Source of the DNA: Sedimentisphaerales bacterium
Lineage (GTDB): Bacteria; Planctomycetota; Phycisphaerae; Sedimentisphaerales; SM23-30
Strand: one strand, 5' to 3'
Assembly (NCBI GenBank): GCA_963666285.1
Contig: OY762711.1
Length of the DNA stretch: 64,000 bases
Positions within the stretch are counted from its first letter, which is position 1, and each line of letters begins with the position of its first letter. The translations under genes were made by a program, and so were the position numbers. Of the stretch, positions 60,986 to 64,000 are shown piece by piece. The notes beneath the pieces are model-generated. The model made no database searches. It saw only the letters and a list, made by a program, of their open reading frames with translations, and was not told where the DNA came from.

Positions 60986-63208
60986 TTATTGCTCTACTAT
61001 CATATATAGACCGGCGTCGATGTACTGGTCTCCGCCATCTTCGTGACAGTGGATGGCAAATACATTTTGCCCTTTTGTAAGGATGTCAGCAGCTTGGATA
61101 TCGGTCACTATCATATCATAGTTGCGGTTAGCACCTTTGATTTCAAGGATGTGTTTGCCGTTAACATAAATGTTAGCGGTGTCATCATGCTTGATTTTGA
61201 TAGCTAGTGCAGCACATTTTGGCGGGGTTGCGTCCAGATTGAAGTTCTGGCGGATCCAGATATCGCTGCCTGTCCATTCGGTATTGCACACATTTGGCCT
61301 TATGTCATTGTCTCCGAAACCTGCCTGACCGGTTCTCCATCCGGAAATGTCAAACGTTGGTTTGTACCAGTCAGAACCGGGATTATCGAATGTGTAGTTC
61401 CATACTTTTGCATTTTTATCGCTGGCTTCAAGTACAGTTGCAACTCTTGGACTTTTGCCATATAGTTTCCTGGCGGCAGCAGCGGCGAGCTTATGGTCAA
61501 TTTTGATAATTTCCCGGTCGTAAGTCATAATTCCGTTAACCTCAACTTCTTCAACATCGGTTGTCTGGGTATATACTGCCGCTGAAAGACCGGCAGTGAT
61601 AAGCGGTCTCATATTAGTGAGCAGGCTTACATAAGCGTCAGTAAGCTCTTTGACGTTCTGGTAAGGTACATAATTCCAGTTATATCTCTCATGCCAGGTA
61701 TGGCCGTCAATAGGCATTCCCAGTCCGCCGAACTCACCCAGAACACATACCCTGTTTTCTTCTGCCGGTTTTGTATCTGGTCCGGGGTAGATATGCATGT
61801 CGGTTACATCGCCGCTGCCGCGGTCATTCCATCCGCTGGCCTCGTTGATTGGTCGGGTCGGTTCGTAATTCTGCAGCCAGTCAACCACCTGCGGAGTATC
61901 GTGCTGGCCCCAACCTTCGTTGAACGGTATCCACATAACAATTGATGGGAAGTTATGCAGGGTGTCAACCATGGCTTTTAATTCGTTCATGAAATTGTCT
62001 TTGGCCTGTTGGTGTTTGCCGGTATCGCCTGCCGGCATATCCTGCCAGACGAGCATACCCATTTTGTCGCAGGCATAATACCACCGGGCACATTCGTATT
62101 TTACATGTTTGCGGATCATGTTCATGCCGAAATCCCGGGTGACTTTGATGTCATAGATCATCGCTTCTTCCGTTGGAGGAGTATAGAGTCCGTCCGGCCA
62201 CCAGCCCTGGTCCAGCAGGCCATACTGGAATAGCGGTCTGTTATTCAGGAATAGCCTGTTCAGACCTTGCTCATCTTTTTTGACTTCAATCTTTCTCATG
62301 CCAAAGTAGCTGGTCACAGTGTCGACAGGCTTGTCATTGTTCAGCAGTTTTACTTCCAGGTCGTACAGGTTGGGTTTACCGGCATCCCAAAGAACTGGAT
62401 TATTGATTTTAAGGGCAGTTGGCGAACCTGACATAGCTTTCTTTTGGGCAACTTCTTTGCCTTTATAAGATGCGGTAATCTCTACCATTCTTAATGCAGA
62501 AGCGTTAACAGTTACATTTACTGTTTCATTATCGATGTCCGGAACGATTTTTAATGACTGGATGTAATCCATTGGAACTGTTTCCAGCCATACGGTCTGC
62601 CAGATACCGGTAACGGCTGTGTACATCATCCCGCCTGGATGAAGTACTTGTTTGCCTTTTGGCTGGTACCCTTTGTCTGTCGGGTCAAACACTTTTACGA
62701 TAAGTTCGTTGTCGCCGGATTTGACAACATCGCTTATGTCAAAGGTAAACGGATCATTACCGCCGGTGTGGCAACCGATGAGTTTGCCGTTAATCCATAC
62801 AGTAGACTGCCAGTCTACTGCATCAAAATGAAGAAGTGTGCGAGTGGAACTTTCTGGAATTGTCTGGAAATTCCTGTGATACCATAGCAGCTGGTCTGGC
62901 AGAACCGTTTTTTTGACTCCGCTCAAGGCAGACTCTACTGCAAATGGAACGAGTATTTCCCCATCCCATTTGACCGGTTTGGCCAAGCTGTTATCAGTGA
63001 TAGCATAGTCCCATAGGCCGTTGAGATTGGTCCAGTTACTTCGGACCATTTGAGGCCTGGGATATTCCGGCCAGACATTGTTTGGAGAAACGTCTTCAGC
63101 GAATTTAGAAAGAATATTACCTTTGACCGGTGCCCAGTCAGCGGCAGCAGATAATGAATTACCAACGACAAATGCAATTATCGTTGCAGTAATAATAATT
63201 TTTTTCAC
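60986..63208 (-). CDS. Secreted GH2 glycoside hydrolase
   Basis: PEYPRPQMVR, LLHFDAVDW, GIWQTVWLE, LDQGWWPDG, FNEGWGQ, GEFGG. Confidence 0.9.
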   Translation of the reverse strand: MKKIIITATIIAFVVGNSLSAAADWAPVKGNILSKFAEDVSPNNVWPEYPRPQMVRSNWTNLNGLWDYAITDNSLAKPVKWDGEILVPFAVESALSGVKKTVLPDQLLWYHRNFQTIPESSTRTLLHFDAVDWQSTVWINGKLIGCHTGGNDPFTFDISDVVKSGDNELIVKVFDPTDKGYQPKGKQVLHPGGMMYTAVTGIWQTVWLETVPMDYIQSLKIVPDIDNETVNVTVNASALRMVEITASYKGKEVAQKKAMSGSPTALKINNPVLWDAGKPNLYDLEVKLLNNDKPVDTVTSYFGMRKIEVKKDEQGLNRLFLNNRPLFQYGLLDQGWWPDGLYTPPTEEAMIYDIKVTRDFGMNMIRKHVKYECARWYYACDKMGMLVWQDMPAGDTGKHQQAKDNFMNELKAMVDTLHNFPSIVMWIPFNEGWGQHDTPQVVDWLQNYEPTRPINEASGWNDRGSGDVTDMHIYPGPDTKPAEENRVCVLGEFGGLGMPIDGHTWHERYNWNYVPYQNVKELTDAYVSLLTNMRPLITAGLSAAVYTQTTDVEEVEVNGIMTYDREIIKIDHKLAAAAARKLYGKSPRVATVLEASDKNAKVWNYTFDNPGSDWYKPTFDISGWRTGQAGFGDNDIRPNVCNTEWTGSDIWIRQNFNLDATPPKCAALAIKIKHDDTANIYVNGKHILEIKGANRNYDMIVTDIQAADILTKGQNVFAIHCHEDGGDQYIDAGLYMIVEQ

Positions 63209-63450
63209 AATTCTTCCTTTCTTCCTTCGTTGAGATGATGAACAATAAAATGATTCAATTGCTAAAAACAGGTTAATTCAAATATGTTTTTTTCAGTATA
63301 AGTATATTTGGCTGTGTTTAAATAAAAAAAAGTGAAGTCGGTATTTGTATATTTCATTTCTATTTGTGATAGAGTTTTCAATAATATTATGTATTTAAGG
63401 TTTGATTATCAAATATCTTGATATCAAAGTATGTTTAGCTTTGTATAGGC

Positions 63451-63479
63451 TTGACTTGCCTGGTGACAAATAGTACTAT
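63451..63479 (+). promoter_or_regulatory. Candidate sigma70 promoter
   Basis: TTGACT-N17-TACTAT. Confidence 0.45.
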
Positions 63480-63642
63480 TAATATTAAAATTCAGCTAGA
63501 CTAAGGATTTGTCTGACTGATTACGGCTTGATTGATAATCGTAACTGGTTACGTAAGTTATGATAACATGTGTGATTCTGACCTTAAAAAAATAAAGTCT
63601 GGTTTCTGATATAGTAAATACCTCATTTTTAAGATTTATCCT

Positions 63643-64000
63643 ATGAAAAGCAAATTATCTATATTGACATTGTTAATATTGTTGAACATCGTAATATCAT
63701 TGGCATTTTGTCAGGGCCTTGCGAGTGAAACCCGCCTGAATGAAAGTCGGGTAAAACTTCTGGCAAGCTGTGAAAAATCCGGCTACTATTTTACGGCAGA
63801 AGTATGTGATGCTTATATGACTTATATAAAACAGCAAACTCTGTGTGATCTTAAAAACGATCATAAGCAATTGCCGAAAGATTTCATTGACTGGATTGAC
63901 ACTAATCCGGCGATAGCGTCAGGTGTTTATAGTGCTCATAATAAACCAGCGGAAATAATGCAGTGGATGTATTCGCTTTATTTAGACCTTGGTGAAACTA
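63643..64000 (+). CDS. Secreted hypothetical protein, runs off the window end
   Basis: ATG 63643, MKSKLSILTLLILLNIVISLAFCQG signal peptide, frame open to 64000. Confidence 0.7.
   Translation, partial: MKSKLSILTLLILLNIVISLAFCQGLASETRLNESRVKLLASCEKSGYYFTAEVCDAYMTYIKQQTLCDLKNDHKQLPKDFIDWIDTNPAIASGVYSAHNKPAEIMQWMYSLYLDLGET

Overview
Bacterial chromosomal window. PEP-CTERM proteins, dockerin-like 'DxNxD..V(N/D)..D......WL' tails and the dense set of carbohydrate-active enzymes suggest a planctomycete of the Phycisphaerae/Sedimentisphaerales type (inference). Housekeeping genes are an RluA/RluD-family pseudouridine synthase, ribD and murB. Carbohydrate-active enzymes are a GH5-like+CBM protein, GH35, GH38, GH3, PL1, GH106 and GH2. 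The window also holds an Fe3+/thiamine-type ABC transporter, an ECF sigma/anti-sigma pair and three multi-PAS histidine kinases with no response regulator. I recognised no rRNA, tRNA, CRISPR array or transposase. The most notable observations are: (1) an AT-rich locus with four tandem PEP-CTERM genes that have DNA-identical junctions, hypervariable cores and an A-B-A-B mosaic, running into an RCC1/beta-helix/dockerin-like surface protein; (2) a ~200-240 nt bipartite, apparently structured non-coding leader duplicated in front of two unrelated genes; (3) a histidine kinase that has lost its phospho-His and ATP-box residues; (4) a 39.6-46.4 kb accessory stretch of single genes separated by mosaics of REP-like palindromes and direct repeats.
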